Shown piece by piece: positions 35,247-49,300 of a stretch of DNA of 64,000 bases (its first letter is position 1; every line of letters starts with the position of its first letter). The stretch is from Malacoraja senta. Taxonomy: Eukaryota. The stretch spans positions 183,024,001 through 183,088,000 of the forward strand of contig CM075978.1 of the NCBI GenBank assembly GCA_038087875.1. The letters run 5' to 3'. A program made the translations under genes and the position numbers. A model generated the notes under the pieces. It was given only the letters and a program-made list of their open reading frames with translations, ran no database searches and was not told the origin of the DNA.

Positions 35247-36907
35247 CAAACCTATAAAGCAGGATAGTAAAAGCTTCTTTAGGTATGTGAAGAGGAAAAC
35301 ATTAGTTCAGACCAAAGTTGGACCCTTGAAGGTATTTCCCCAGGGCCTGATGGTTTGCATCCCAGGGTACTTAAGGAAGTGGCTCTAGAAATCGTGGACG
35401 CATTGGTGATAATTATCCAATGTTCTATAGACTCAGGATCAGTTCTTGTGGATTGGAGGGTAGCTAATGTTATCCCACTTTTTAAGAAAGGCGGGAGAGA
35501 GAAAACAGGGAATTATAGACCAGTTAGCCAGTGGTGGGGAAGATGCTACAGTCAATTATAAAATATGAGATAGCCAAACATTTGTATAGCAGTAACAGGA
35601 TCGGTCCGAGTCAGCATGGATTTACGAAGGGGAAATCATGCTTGACTAAACTTCTGGAATTTTTTGAAGATATAACTAGGAAAATGGACAAGGGAGAGCA
35701 AGTGGATGTAGTGTACCTGGACTTTCAGAAAGCATTTGATAAGGTCCCACATAGGAGATTAGTGGGCAAAATTAGGGCACATGGTATTGGGGGTAGAGTG
35801 CTGATATGGATAGAGAAGTGGTTGGCAGACAGGAAACAAAGAGTAGGGATTAACGGGTCCCTTTCAGAATGGCTGCCAGTGACTAGTGGGGTACCGCAAG
35901 GCTCGGTGCTGGGACCGCAGCTATTTATAACATACATCAATGATTTGGATGAAGGGATTCAAAGTAATATTAGCAAATTTGCAGATGACACAAAGCTGGG
36001 TGGCAGTGTGAACTGTGAGGAGGGTGCTATGAGAATGCAGGGTGACTTGGAAAGGTTGGGTGAGTGGGCAGATGCATGGCAGATGAAGTTTAATGCAGAT
36101 AAATGTGAGGTTATCCACTTTGGTAGCAAAAACAGGAAGGCAGATTACTATCTAAATGGCGTCAAGTTGGGAAAAGGGGAAGTACAACGGGATCTGGGGG
36201 TCCTTGTACATCAGTCTATGAAAGTAAGCATGCAGGTACAGCAGGCAGTGAAGAAAGCGAATGGCATGTTGGGCTTTATAACAAGAGGAATCGAATATAG
36301 GAGCAAAGAGGTCCTTCTGCAGTTGTACAGAGCCCTAGTGAGACCATACCTGGAGTATTGTGTGCAGTTTTGGTCCCCTAATTTGAGGAAGGACATTCTT
36401 GCTATTGAGGGAGTGCAGCATAGGTTTACAAGGTTAATTCCCGGGATGGCGGGACTGTCATATGCTGAGAGAATGGAGCAGCTGGGCTTGTACACTCTGG
36501 AGTTTAGAAGGATGAGAGGGCATCTCATTGAAACATATAAGATTGTTAAGGGTTTGGACACGCTAGCGGCAGGAAACATGTTCCCGATGTTGGGGGAGTC
36601 CAGAACCAGGGGCCACAGTTTAAGAATAAGGAGTAAGCCATTTAGAACGGAGACGAGGAAACACTTTTTCTCACAGAGAGGGGTGAGTCTGTGGAATTCT
36701 CTGTCTCAGAGGGCGGTGGAGGCGGATTCTCTGGATGATTTCAAGAGAGAGCTAGATAGGGCTCTTAAAAATAGCGGAGTCAGGAGATATGGGGAGAAGG
36801 CAGGAATGGGGTACTGATTGGGGATGATCAGCCATGATCACATTGAATGGCGGTGCTGGCTCGAAGGGCCGAATGGCCTACTCCTGCACCTACTGTCTAT
36901 TGTCTAT
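35247..36907 (+). mobile_element. CR1 (5'-truncated, internal deletion) inserted into L1-A
   Basis: 428-aa RT ORF 35531..36817 and full 3' UTR. Confidence 0.95.
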
Positions 36908-37413
36908 ACTCCGTTTTATTTTTAACATTTTTATTAACATAGTTCCGCATCCGTAAGTATCGATGGAAGTTTGTTTTTCTAACAGGAATTTTTCTTCAAG
37001 CATTTCAAAACTTAACAGTGTTCCTTCTTTCATTATCTTACAAAGAGCAGTAATGCCTTTAACTGTCCACTCTTTAAACCTACTATCTAATTTATTAGGA
37101 GTAAAGTCTGTGCCATATGCGCACCATTTAAGAAATGTAATGTCTTCCTCTAAATTATACTCTGTTATAACTGTTTCCATATTTTAAGAGTCAATTTTAC
37201 CCAAGGATTTTCAATAGCATTTATATAGTCTTGTAGGTTGCTGTCAGCTATGATCGCTTGTACAGGAATGGCTAGGGTTCTCTCTTCAATATTTTTCCAT
37301 TGAGCATCATATGATGGGTTGCAACAGCATATCATAGATCTTAACTGTGCTGCCTGATAATAGTCTTTGAGAGAGGGTAGACCCCATCCCCCCATTTCTT
37401 TTGTTAACTGTAA

Positions 37414-37991
37414 AGGGCCTGTCCCACCAGCATGCGACTGCATGCGGCGAGCGCGACCAAACGTGGCGGCTTGAGGCGTACGGCCTCGCGGGGCCGGTCC
37501 CACATCCAACCGCGGAGCCGTATGGAGCTGGTCCCGACATCATACTCACCAATCAGCTGGGCAGGAGGCGGGCCGACTGAATTTGGACGTCGCACGGCGT
37601 CGGGCGGTTACGTCATCATGCAACGGCACGCCGGTCGGTGATGTCATCGCGCGACACCACGCGCTAGGCGTACGCTGTCAAGACGCTGCGTTCGGCATCA
37701 AGACGCTGCGTTCGGCGTCGAGGCAGTGTGTACGGCGTCGAGGCGGTGCGTACGCCCATCGAGGCGGTGCGTACGGCCTCAATGCGGCAGCGGGCCGGCA
37801 GGCCATTGCCGCGCGGAATTTTTGGACAGTGTCAGTTTTTCGGAGCCCCGCGCGGTGTCGGGACCAGCTCCGCACAACTCCATGCGGCTCCGGTGATCGA
37901 AGTGGGACCGGCCTCGCGAGGCCGTACGGCTAGCGCGACCACGTTAGGTCGTGCTAGCCGCATGCAGTCGCATGCTCGTGGAACAGGCCCT
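37414..37991. mobile_element. PIF/Harbinger-type MITE inserted into L1-A
   Basis: TIR AGGGCCTGTCCCAC..GCATGCGACTGCATGCGGC, 3-bp TSD TAA (37411-37413 and 37992-37994), and internal ~20-bp tandem repeats. Confidence 0.88.
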
Positions 37992-40900
37992 TAAGGATTT
38001 GAGACGGGTCCTAGGTCTTTTACCTTGCCATATCTTGACAATATTTTGTCCCATTCATTAAATTGTTTTTGATTCATCTCTATTGGTAGGGTCTGAAATA
38101 AATATAACAGTCTTGGCAATATGTTCATATAACAGTCTTGGCAATATGTTCATTTTAATAGATTCAATTCTCGAGCTGAGACTTAAGAAAGGAATTAGGT
38201 TCCATCTAGCTATATCCTCCTTAATCTTTTGGTGTATAGGTGAATAGTTGCATTCTGATAATTCTGATAATTCTGTAAAATCCCTTGGTATAATGCCCAA
38301 ATATTTGAGATGTTCTGCTTGCCATGCCAGAGGGTACCTACTTCTGACTTCTGCTGATGGGCTGTAGTTGTATGTAAGCAGTTGTGTTTTACCTATGTTA
38401 ATCTTGTATCCTGATAGGTGACCGTATTGTTCGAGTGATTGCATCAATTTAGGTAGAGTTTGTTGGTTGCCCCAAATAAATCAAAATGTCATCCGCATAA
38501 CAGGCCAATTTATGTTCAGTCCCTTGAATAGTAATAACTTTTATTTCTTCATTTTGTCTTATATATTGAGCTAGTGGTTCCAAATATAATGCAAAGAGTA
38601 ATGGTGACCACGCACATCTCTGTCTTATTCCCCTTTCTAGAGAAAAACTCTTTGATGAATATCCGTTAACTTTAATTCTAGCTGTGGGCTTATTATATCG
38701 TGCCTGTATGGTTTTAATAATAGTGTCATGCAGGACAAATCTATGTAGAACTCGATAGAGAAAGTTCCAGTTCACAGTCGAATGCCTTTTCAGCGTCCAC
38801 ACTTATCACTATTGCTTCAATTTTATTTTTTTGAATGTAGTCCACAATATGTAGTGTCCATCGTATATTGTCCTGTGTTTGACGTTGCCGAATAAACCCT
38901 GTCTGGTCATTGTGTATTAATTTAGGCAAGAACTGTTCTAACCGTTTGGCCATGATAGAAGTGAATAATTTATAATCTACATTAAGAACTGATATCGGTC
39001 TAAATGACCCACACTCTGTTTTATCTTTACCTTCTTTTGGTATAGCAGAGATAATTGCCTCCCTCCGGCTCTGTGGCGTTTGTGCCTTTTTTTAAACCCA
39101 GTTTAATGTACGGAGTATAATAGGTGTTAACTCATCTTTAAATTCCTTATACCATTCTGACGTATAACGATCAGATCCTGGTGACTTGCTCAGCTTGAGC
39201 CGACTAATTGCAGTTTTTAATTCACCCTCTGTTATGTCCCCAGTCATTGTCTTGTTTTGTTCTTCATTTAAGGTGGGCAAACCTAAGGAATTCAGAAATG
39301 TGTCTATTTGAGTTTGGCTACCTCCTGGAACTTCAGAATACAGAGTTCTGTAGAATACTTCAAAGGCTTCCTGAATTTCACAATTTACTTTTCAATATTT
39401 TTGTTCTTGGGTCTCTGATTCTGTGAACTGTATTTTCAGCCATCTTTTTTTTCAGTTTCCATGCCAATATGTTTGTAGATTTAGAACCACTTTCATAGTG
39501 CTTCTGTTTAAGGAACATTAACTTTTTCTTGATTTCTTGTGCAGCCAGATTGTTGTTTTCATTTCTAGTATTCCTAATTTCCTCCAATGTATTCCACGCC
39601 AGCGACAATTTGTTTTCTTTCCAGTTCCTTCAGCTTATTTTGTAAATCCTCAAATGTTTTATTCCTTATTTTTTTCTTATATGAAGATATTGCTATAATT
39701 TTTCCTCTTAGAACAGCCTTCAAAGCATCTCACAAAATAGGGGGAGAGACCTCTCTGTTATCATTGAGTTCTAAATAGAGACATATCTCCTTTTTAATTT
39801 GTTCCTTAAAGTTAAGATCATTGAGTAGGCTCGAGTTCAGTTTCCATGTAGCATTTTTTGGACGTAGGTCTAAATCAACAGATAGGTAAATAGGTGCATG
39901 GTCACTGAAATCTATTGTTCCAATTCCACAGGTGTGTATTTTATCTTTATCCTTTCCAAATGTTATAAAATAGTCTATTCTTGTGTATAGAGAGTGTGGG
40001 GCCAAGTAATGGGTGTAATCCCTTCTATTAGGGAAAAGGTCCCGCTATATATCAATTAAACCGACCTCTTTAAAATGAGTTTTGACTTTCTTATGTAAAG
40101 ACTTTGTATCATGAGTTTTTCTACTGGACGAGTCTAGCTCCGGTTGTAAATGTATATTTAGGTCTCCCCCACAAATAAGAAGGCCTTCCGTTTCCATTAT
40201 CATGATATTAATAATTCTCTGGAAGAAATTAAAATCACTTCCAGGAGGTGCATATACATTCAGCAACGTAACTTGATTCCCATCTACATTCCCCCTTACT
40301 AAAATAAATCTACCCTCCTTATCACTCATTTCAAATACTTTCTCAAAATTTAACTTGCTTGAGATGAGATTAGAGACTCTTCTCCTACGTCCCGATATAT
40401 ATGAGGAGAAAAAGAGGTTAGTGAAACCCATTCTTTTAAGTTTTTCGTGTTCTTTGTCATTTAGATGGGTTTCCTGTAAGTATAATATATGGGCTTGTTC
40501 TTTCATCATTTTAGTTGGAATTTTGCTGCGTTTAATTGGGTTTAACAGTCCATTCACATTAAAAGAGATGACTTTTACCTTGCCATTAGCCATGTGTATT
40601 TAACTTTCTGTGTATCAGTAACATGGTGAAATTAGACAAAACAAATCTACTCCCTGAACAGACAAAAACAAAAGAACATATGAGAAAACAAAGGCGTGGT
40701 TCCAAGGTAGGGGTTTCCTGTGGATGACCCTGGGCCAGGCTTGAGGAAAAGCTTAGTTGTGGGGGAGAGCCTCTCTCATCTGCGAGCTGAGGGCCCTCAC
40801 TGCAGCGTCCAAAAAGAAAAAAAACTCCGTCCATAAAGCAGAACACACTTCCCTATGCATTCCTCCCCTGTATTTATCTTCATTTAAATAGGGGAAAACT

Positions 40901-41291
40901 GTTGAACGTAACAAATGAAATAACGCACCATCAACTTTTAAGTTCTGTTCAGCTCACCTACATTTTAAAAGTTATCCATAACTTAAAGCTCTTCTGAAGA
41001 TGAGGGCTGTCTTCTGAAGACCCGTAGTCTCTCCACGATGTCCTCGGCCGTCCCCTGCGGTCTTGATCCTCCCACCATCTCCCACGCAGTGCAGGACAGT
41101 TGTTCAGCCAGGCTTTCTTTCGGTGAGGTCACTCTGATGGGCAGTCCTCTGTTCCTCATGCCAGTGGTCGCCTCATCCACCGTCTGGTACTGCCGTGTGT
41201 CTCGTCATCGTAAAATACTCGTAACTTGGCGGGGAACGGAGTTTGGAAGCGGATCTTGTTCTGCTTTAACACCCATTTCGCCTTAGAATAT

Positions 41292-43255
41292 ATATATATA
41301 TATTTTTTTCTTTTTCTTTTTTTATAGAAAAGATTGAACAGTGAAAAAGTGAAAGTGTAGAAAATGTGACAACAAAAAAGGACGAAGACCCTATAAGAGC
41401 AAAATTAAAAAACAAAAGAAAAAGAGTTAAGAAATAGACCCTAGAAAAGAAAGAGAAAGAGAAAGAGGAAAAAGAGAGAAACAAATATTTTTATGAGCAT
41501 TACGTAAATGGGACATACCAACTCTTCAACTAGCATCCCCCCTTACCTGACCTCAATTTTTTTTAAAGTACTTTTGCACCCTATATTTGTAATAATTCTA
41601 TAAATGCAGACCACGTCAAGTGGAAGTGATCTGGTTTACCTGCTAGGAGGAGTCTTATCTCTTCTAGGTGTAATGTTTCGAACATATTTGAAGTCCACAT
41701 ATTTATAGTTGGTATTGGAGCCTTCTTCCAAAATTTTAGAATTAGCTTTTTTCCAGTTATTAACCCATAGTCCATTAGTTTCTTTTGAAACACATTTAGT
41801 TCTGGGCCATCTTCCGTTATTCTGAAGATAATCCATTCTGCTTTGGGTATCAGTCTTATTTTAAATAACTTTGTAAAGATTTCAAAAATTTCATTCCAAA
41901 ATTTTTGAATTTTTGTACAGAAAACGAATGAGTGCGCTATAGTAGCTTCTTGGGATTTACATTTATCACAAATAGATGATACATTTGGGAAAATTTTATG
42001 AATTTTAGTTTTCGAATAATATAATCTATGTAAAATTTTAAATTGTATTAAAGTGTGTCTTACATTAATCGAACATTTATGAACGTTTAATAAGTGTTCA
42101 TTCCAACTTTCCTTTGAAATTTTAATAGCTAACTCTTGTTCCCAGTCTCTTCTGATACCCTCCGTAGATGGTATTTGTACATTTAAGATAATATTATACA
42201 AATATGATATTAAGTTTGCTGATTCAGCTTTTATCTGCATTGCCTCATCCAATACATCTACTGGGTTATTATAATGATCTTTTGTATATTTTTTCAAATA
42301 GTCGCATATTTGAAAATATTTAAAATATTGATTATTTCCGAGTTTATATTTTATTTGTAATTGTTGAAATGAAAGTAATTTTCCAGTTTCATACAAGTCA
42401 CCAAGCGTTTTAATTCCTAGTCTATCCCAATGTGTAAAAGCTTTATCTATAATAGAGGGATTAAACGAAGGGTTATTAACTATAGGTAATAAAAGTGATA
42501 AATTTCTTAATTTTAAATTTTGTTTTATTTGTTTCCAAATTCGGAAAATATTAATAATTGGGTTCTTATTATAATTTATGTTATTCAATTTCATTGGAGA
42601 AAGGAGGATCGCTCCAATGTTTCCAGAGGAGCAATCCTCTTTCTCCATTACAATCCAGTCCACTTGCTGGGCGGAGTTATCCATCAGTTGAATCATATTT
42701 TTAATATTTACTGACCAATAATAATACATAAAGTTAGGTAGTGCTAAACCCCCTAATACTTTAGGTTTATTCAGATGAGTTTTTTGTATTCTATGTGATT
42801 TATAGTCCCATATAAAATTAGTGATATCGGAGTCGAGTTTTTAAAAAAACTTATTTGGTAAGTATATAGGAATCGATTGAAATAGGTATAAAATTTGTGG
42901 TAGAAAGATCATTTTTATTGCGTTTATTCGGCCTATTAAAGACATCGGGAGCGTCTTCCAGAATTTAATTAGTGTGTTTAATTTATTAAGTAGGGGGTCA
43001 AAATTTGCCCTAAGCATACCTTGATATGTTCTGGTAATTTCGATTCCCAAGTATTTAAATTTTTCTGTAGCTATTTTAAAAGGGAATTTTAAAATATGTG
43101 TTGAATCTTTTGGTTTTATTGACATAATTTCACTTTTATTCCAATTTATTCTATATCCAGAAAAAGATCCAAAGTCTTCAATTAAATTTAATATATTTGG
43201 TATAGTGATTTGAGGTGTTGTAATGTACAGTAATATATCATCCGCGTATAAAGAT
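41292..43255 (-). mobile_element. 5'-truncated L1/Tx1 LINE 'C' inserted into L1-A ORF1
   Basis: Starts at SLYADD; ORF 41581..42729; A/(TA)n tail. 14-bp TSD tcgcct(c/t)agaatat at 43256-43269 and 41278-41291. Confidence 0.9.
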
Positions 43256-43562
43256 CGCCTCAGAATATTCTTATCGCTTCTGTAACACAGCTGGGGCGTA
43301 GTCTTGATCGAAGTATATTAGTCTCCTGTTCAAAAACACTTGTTTCTTTCCCCAGGCCTTGCGCAAAATCTCCTCTTTCGTTTTGTAGCGGAGAAATCTG
43401 ATTATTATTGATCGTGGTTTATCTCCTGGGTCTCCGGGGGGTTTCGGGGCGAGCGATCGGTGCGCTCTCTCGATGTGAAACTCCGTGGTGGGTGGAAGTT
43501 CAAGTGTGTCCCGCAGTAGCTTATCCACAAAGTCCACCTCAGCTCCTTCGGGAGCATTATAT

Positions 43563-45920
43563 ATTGGGTATTGAGTAATTGAGGAAGGGTTAGTTAGCAG
43601 TCTTGTTGTGCGTGCCCCCTTGAGCAAGAGTGACCATAATATGGTTGAGTTCTTCATTAGGATGGAGAGTGACATTGTTAATTCAGAAACAACGGTTCTG
43701 AACTTAAAGAAAGGTAACTTTGAGGGTATGAGACGTGAATTGGCCAAGATTGACTGGCAATTAGTTCTAAAAGGGTTGACGGTGGATATGCAATGGAAGG
43801 CATTTAAAGACTGCATGGATGAACTACAAAAATTGTTCATCCCAGTTTGGCAAAAGAATAAATCAGGGAAGGTAGTGCATCCGTGGATAACAAGGGAAAT
43901 CAGGGATAGTATCAAAGCAAAAGATGATGCGTACAAATTAGCCAGAAAAAGCAGCATACCAGAGGACTGGGAGAAATTCAGAGACCAGCAGAGGAGGACA
44001 AAGGACTTAATTAGGAAAGGGAAAATAGATTATGAAAGGAAACTGGCAGGGAACATAAAAACTGACTGCAAAAGTTTTTATAGATATGTGAAGAGAAAGA
44101 GATTAGTTAAAACAAATGTAGGTCCCTTGCAGTCAGAAACGGGTGAATTGATCATGGGGAACAAGGATATGGCGGACCAATTGAATAACTACTTTGGTTC
44201 CGTCTTCACTAAGGAAGACATAAATAATTTGCCTGAAATAGCAGGGGGCCGCAGGTCAAAGGAGATGGAGGAACTGAGTGAAATCCAGGTTAGTCGGGAA
44301 GTGGTGTTGGGTAAATTGAATGGATTAAAGGCCGATAAATCACCAGGGCCGGATAGGCTGCATCCCAGAGTACTTAAGGAAGTAGCTCCAGAAATAGTGG
44401 ATGCATTAGTGATAAGTTTTCAAAACTCTTTAGATTCTGGAGTAGTTCCTGAGGATTGGAGGGTAGCAAACGTAACCCCACTTTTTAAGAAGGGAGGGAG
44501 AGAGAAAACGGGGAATTACAGACCAGTTAGTCTAACATCGGTAGTGGGGAAACTGCTAGAGTCACTTATTAAAGATGTGATAGCAGCACATTTGGAAAGT
44601 GGTGAAATCATTGGATAAAGTCAGCATGGATTTACGAAAGGTAAATCATGTCTGACGAATCTTATAGAATTTTTCGAGGATGTAACTAGTAGAGTGGATA
44701 GGGGAGAACCAGTGGATGTGTTGTATCTGGACTTTCAGAAGGCTTTTGACAAGGTATCACATAAGAGATTAGTATACAAACTTAAAGCACACGGTATTGG
44801 GGGTTCAGTATTGATGTGGATAGAGAACTGGCTGGCAAACAGGAAGCAAAGTGTAGGAGTAAACGGGTCCTTTTCACAATGGCAGGCAGTGACTAGTGGG
44901 GTACCGCAAGGCTCAGTGCTGGGACCCCAGCTATTTACAATTTATATTAATGAGCTGGATGAGGGAATTGAAGGCAACATCTCCAAGTTTGCGGATGACA
45001 CTAAGCTGGGGGGCAGTGTTAGCTGTGAGGAGGATGCTAGGAGACTGCAAGGTGACTTGGATAGGCTGGGTGAGTGGGCAAATGTTTGGCAGATGCAGTA
45101 TAATGTGGATAAATGTGAGGTTATCCACTTTGGTGGCAAAAACAGGAAAGCAGACTATTATCTAAATGGTGGCCGATTAGGAAATGGGGAGATGCACCGA
45201 GACCTGGGTGTCATGGTACACCAGTCATTGAAAGTAGGCATGCAGGTGCAGCAGGCAGTGAAGAAAGCGAATGGTATATTAGCTTTCATAGCAAAGGGAT
45301 TTGAGTATAGGAGCAGGGACGTTCTGCTGCAGTTGTACAGGGTCTTGGTGAGACCACACCTGGAGTATTGCGTACAGCTTTGGTCTCCAAATCTGAGGAA
45401 GGACATTATAGCCATAGAGGGAGTGCAGAGAAGGTTCACCAGACTGATTCCTGGGATGTCAGGACTTTCATATGAAGAAAGACTGGATAGACTTGGCTTA
45501 TACTTGCTAAAAGTTAGGAGATTGAGAGGGGATCTTATAGAAACGTACAAAATTCTTATGGGGTTGTACAGGCTAGATGCAGGAAGATTGTTCCCGATGT
45601 TGGGGAAGTCCAGGACAAGGGGTCACAGCTTAAGGATAAGGGGGAAATCCTTTAAGACCGAGATGAGGAAAAACTTTTTCGCACAGAGAGTGGTGAATCT
45701 CTGGAACTCTCTGCCACAGAGGGTAGTTGAGGCCAGTTCATTGGCTATATTTAAGAGGGAGTTAGATGTGGCCCTTGTGGCTAAGGGGATCAGGGGGTAT
45801 GGAGAGAAAGCAGGTACGGGATACTGAGTTGGATGATCAGCCATGATCATATTGAATGGCGGTGCAGGCTCGAAGGGCCGAATGGCCTACTCCTGCACCT
45901 ATTTTCTATGTATCTATCTA
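43563..45920 (+). mobile_element. CR1 (EN C-terminus to 3' UTR)
   Basis: ORFs 43608..44618 (SDHNMV) and 44694..45827 (RT); same subfamily as 11199-12518 and 50532-54150. Confidence 0.95.
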
Positions 45921-46014
45921 TATCCGTCCATGGTGGACTTTGTGGATAAGCTACTGCAGGACACACTTGAACTTTCAAGGTCAACATAGATTTTGCAGCA
46001 TCGATTCTCAAAGA

Positions 46015-46336
46015 GCGGCACAGTGGCAAAACTGGTAGAGCTGCTGCCACACAGTGCCAGAAACCAAGGTTTGAGCCTGACCTTGATTGCTGCCCGTGTG
46101 GAGTTTGCATGTTCTCCCTGTGACTCTGTGGATTTCTTTTGGGTGCTCTGGTATCCTTCCGTTTCACAAAGCCATAAGGGTTTGTACGTTAATTGGCCAT
46201 TGTAAATTGCCCCTAATGTGTGAGGAGTGGATATGTAAGTGGGATAACATGGAACTTGTGTGAATGGGTAATCGATAGTCGGCATTGATTCAGTGGGCTG
46301 AAGGGCCTGTTTCCATGCTGTACCTTTCAATAAACC
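46015..46336 (+). mobile_element. HE1-like SINE
   Basis: gcggcacagtggcaaaactggtagagctgctgcc head through gggcctgtttccatgctg tail. Confidence 0.85.
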
Positions 46337-46352
46337 CTAGTTGCCCACCAGG

Positions 46353-49300
46353 CAGGGCCAGCCTTAGGAGGTGCGGGGCCCAATTGGGAACAATTTTCAT
46401 AGAAATAAAAATATATAATTATAAATGAGTCATATTCAGGCATGTGTCATGAGTAATATAGTCAGTCGGCTTTAAAAACATCTTAAACCGCGCATACGCA
46501 GATTGTTCTCCTCTCCGTAAAAATAAAAATAAAAATAAATAAAATAACAATTCAATTTGCCCAAGGCTTCCAAATCTCCTTCTTTCTGAATTACTGAATG
46601 GGTGGGGGGTGGAGGATGACGGCAGGTGGAGAGATGGTGGGAAAAACAGGAGCACACCGGGACAACATGATTCAGTTGTCATCTTATTGAATAACTATAC
46701 TAGTTCTAGGGACCAATTGGGGGGAGAGTTCCTTTCACAGCGTGTGGGGAGTCTAGCCAGGGGTAAAGTTGCGGGGAGGGCAGGAGCGTTCAGAAGGAGG
46801 GGGTCGGGGTTCATGCCAGTAACCCACTCACTCACCGCTGCCGCTGCGCTCCGGGCGCGGAGCCACTGCATTGTGGCCGGGGAGAGAAGCAGCTCGCGTG
46901 GCTACAAGCGACCGACATCACCGGACAGCGTAACCGACTGCCATCTCAGCGCCTTCTGCCGGCCCGCTCACCTCTGGCAGTGCTCTCCATCTGAACAGAC
47001 CAGCTCAAGAGCAAAGATCATAGAGCGGAGTGGGTCAGCGGGTGATGGACAACATGACAGCGGGCGGTGGAGCTTACTCCTGTGTCAGCGCGAACAAGGG
47101 ATCAATTGAGGTTACTCGCACTGACATATGGAGTAAGCTCCACCGCCCGCTGTCCAGTTAACCATCGCCCGCTGACCCGCTCTTGAGCTGGATGATCCCC
47201 GACCCCCTCCTTCTCAAACCTCCTGCCCTCCCTGCAACTTTACCCCTGGACAGACTACCCACACGCTGTAAAAAGCAACTCTTTCCCCCCCCCCCCCCCC
47301 GCAGCGCTGTCCTTTTACAGCCGCTTCCCACTTTACAGCTGCTTCCCATCAGCTGCTAGCAATGAAGGATAGACTTGGCTATCCCTCAGTACAGCAACTT
47401 CATTCTTGATGTTGCTCTACTGAGGGATCACAAAGTCTATCTTTCTTGGCTAACAACCTAACCGTCGGCCTCCAAGATGCAGGTATGTTTTCTAGCAATG
47501 TTACAACATTTTGAGATTTAAAAAATCAATTCTGCAATTTATTCCATCAGATAAAGCATAAAAATAAGTTTAATTTGACACCTAATTCACTTTCATATCT
47601 TCAGTATTAAAAAAGTTATGGCCATTTTCATACTCGGAAATTAGCATCTTGTTCCCTATTGCTTTTCCATTGACTCAACACAAAAGCTGTGATCAAGGAC
47701 AGTCAAAAGTCCATAACTTTCGTAAAAATTAAGAGAACTGAATGAAATTTTCAATTATTATAGATTGAAGCATTCTGAAACAAATATAAAACATCTTACT
47801 TGGATGACCTGAAATTAAAGTATATAATTAGTTAATGACCTAATTGTAGCTAATTATAAAATTGACCGTTGTGACGGAAATAGTAATAAACACCCAGACT
47901 GCCTTGAAAATTAAAAAATGTGATATTCTCAAGATCAGAACTTTAGTATTATATGCTGTAAGTCCATAACAGATAGGTACATAAATTACAATTTCTAGCA
48001 ATAAACCAGGTCTTTATGGAGAAGATCAGTTGCTAGCTGGTACATTGGCATATCATAATCAGTAGCATCATCATACTCCTCAGATTGGAACCAATATGCA
48101 ACTCTGTACACCTAGTTTTTCCTCAACTTTTCAATTTTGGCATTGTAAACTACAAGATTTTGCTCTTCAAACCACGCATGACATGCCTTTCTGCCCACTA
48201 CTTTCCCATTAAGAATGTCCTGTAGATTCCATTTCGAAAGAAAAGTATAATTTTTAAAAATAGCATAAGTATCCAAATAACAAACTAATCCCATTCACAC
48301 AAGAATTCACAATATAACATGATTTTTAAATCTCACTGTCATGAATTTATATGCCAGATGGAAGGAATTTAATGTTTAATTCCCATAAATTAATCTAGAA
48401 ACATCCACACAATATAATCAAAATCTCTGTAGAACCTGCAATGTGGTGTTACATATATATTGCAATCAGTGATGGAAATGGGTTTTAGGAACTCGGGATA
48501 CGCTAAGGTCTGTGAGGCTGATGTTGGGCAGGAAGGGGGTGGGGGGGGGGGGTTAGACGCTATAACATATCACATCAGGAGCCGCCACGGGCCAGGACTC
48601 TCCCCCCCCCCCCAACAGAAAGGAACTGCAGATGCAGCCGTCACCGCAAAACATCTAAGAAGGAACAGCAGATGCTGGAAAATCGAAGGTAGACAAAAAT
48701 GCTGGAGAAACTCAGCGGGTGAGGCAGCAACTATGGAGCAAAGGAAATAGCCAAAGTTTCGGGCTGGGTCTGAAGAATGGTTTCGACCCAAAACGTTGCC
48801 TATTTCCTTCGCTCCATAGATGCTGCCTCACCCGCTGAGTTTCTCCAGAATTTTTGTCTACCGCAAAACGTCAATGATTCCGGGAATGCCGAGAGAGCTA
48901 GATGGGGAGTGGGAGAATGAGAGAGCACGCGAGAGAGAGAGGGAGGGAGAGAGCGAAAGACAGAGAGACACAACGTGGGTTGGTAGGTAAATTGAATGAC
49001 TAACCTGCACACCAAGAAGCTCACCAAGAAGAAGCCCTCAATCATGATGGTGAGTTTAAGAAATTCTCAATGTGTCATCAATGCATCGATCTACATTCCT
49101 CAGTAAATGTAATTGTGTTTTGAACAAGTATTAATGACGCCGCGTGAATTGTATTCAAAGGAACACAGCGTCATTAATACTTGTTCAAAACACAATTACA
49201 TTTACTGATGAATGTGGATCGATGCATTGATGACACAATGTATAACTACTTGTTAACTACTGGCTGTTAACAAGTGCTAACAGTAGTAGTTAACAAATCG

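Larger units (their letters stand above)
32300..43562 (-). mobile_element. L1/Tx1-clade LINE 'A' (ORF1 and ORF2), broken into pieces by four nested insertions
   Basis: ORF1 pieces at 43256-43562 (IERAHRS..PRSIIIRFLRY) and about 40983-41290. ORF2 starts at 40593 (VISFNVNGL; GGDLN; IDY; YADD at about 38490). 3' pieces at 36908-37413, 35197-35246 and 32300-33156, with AATAAA near 32335. Confidence 0.9.
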
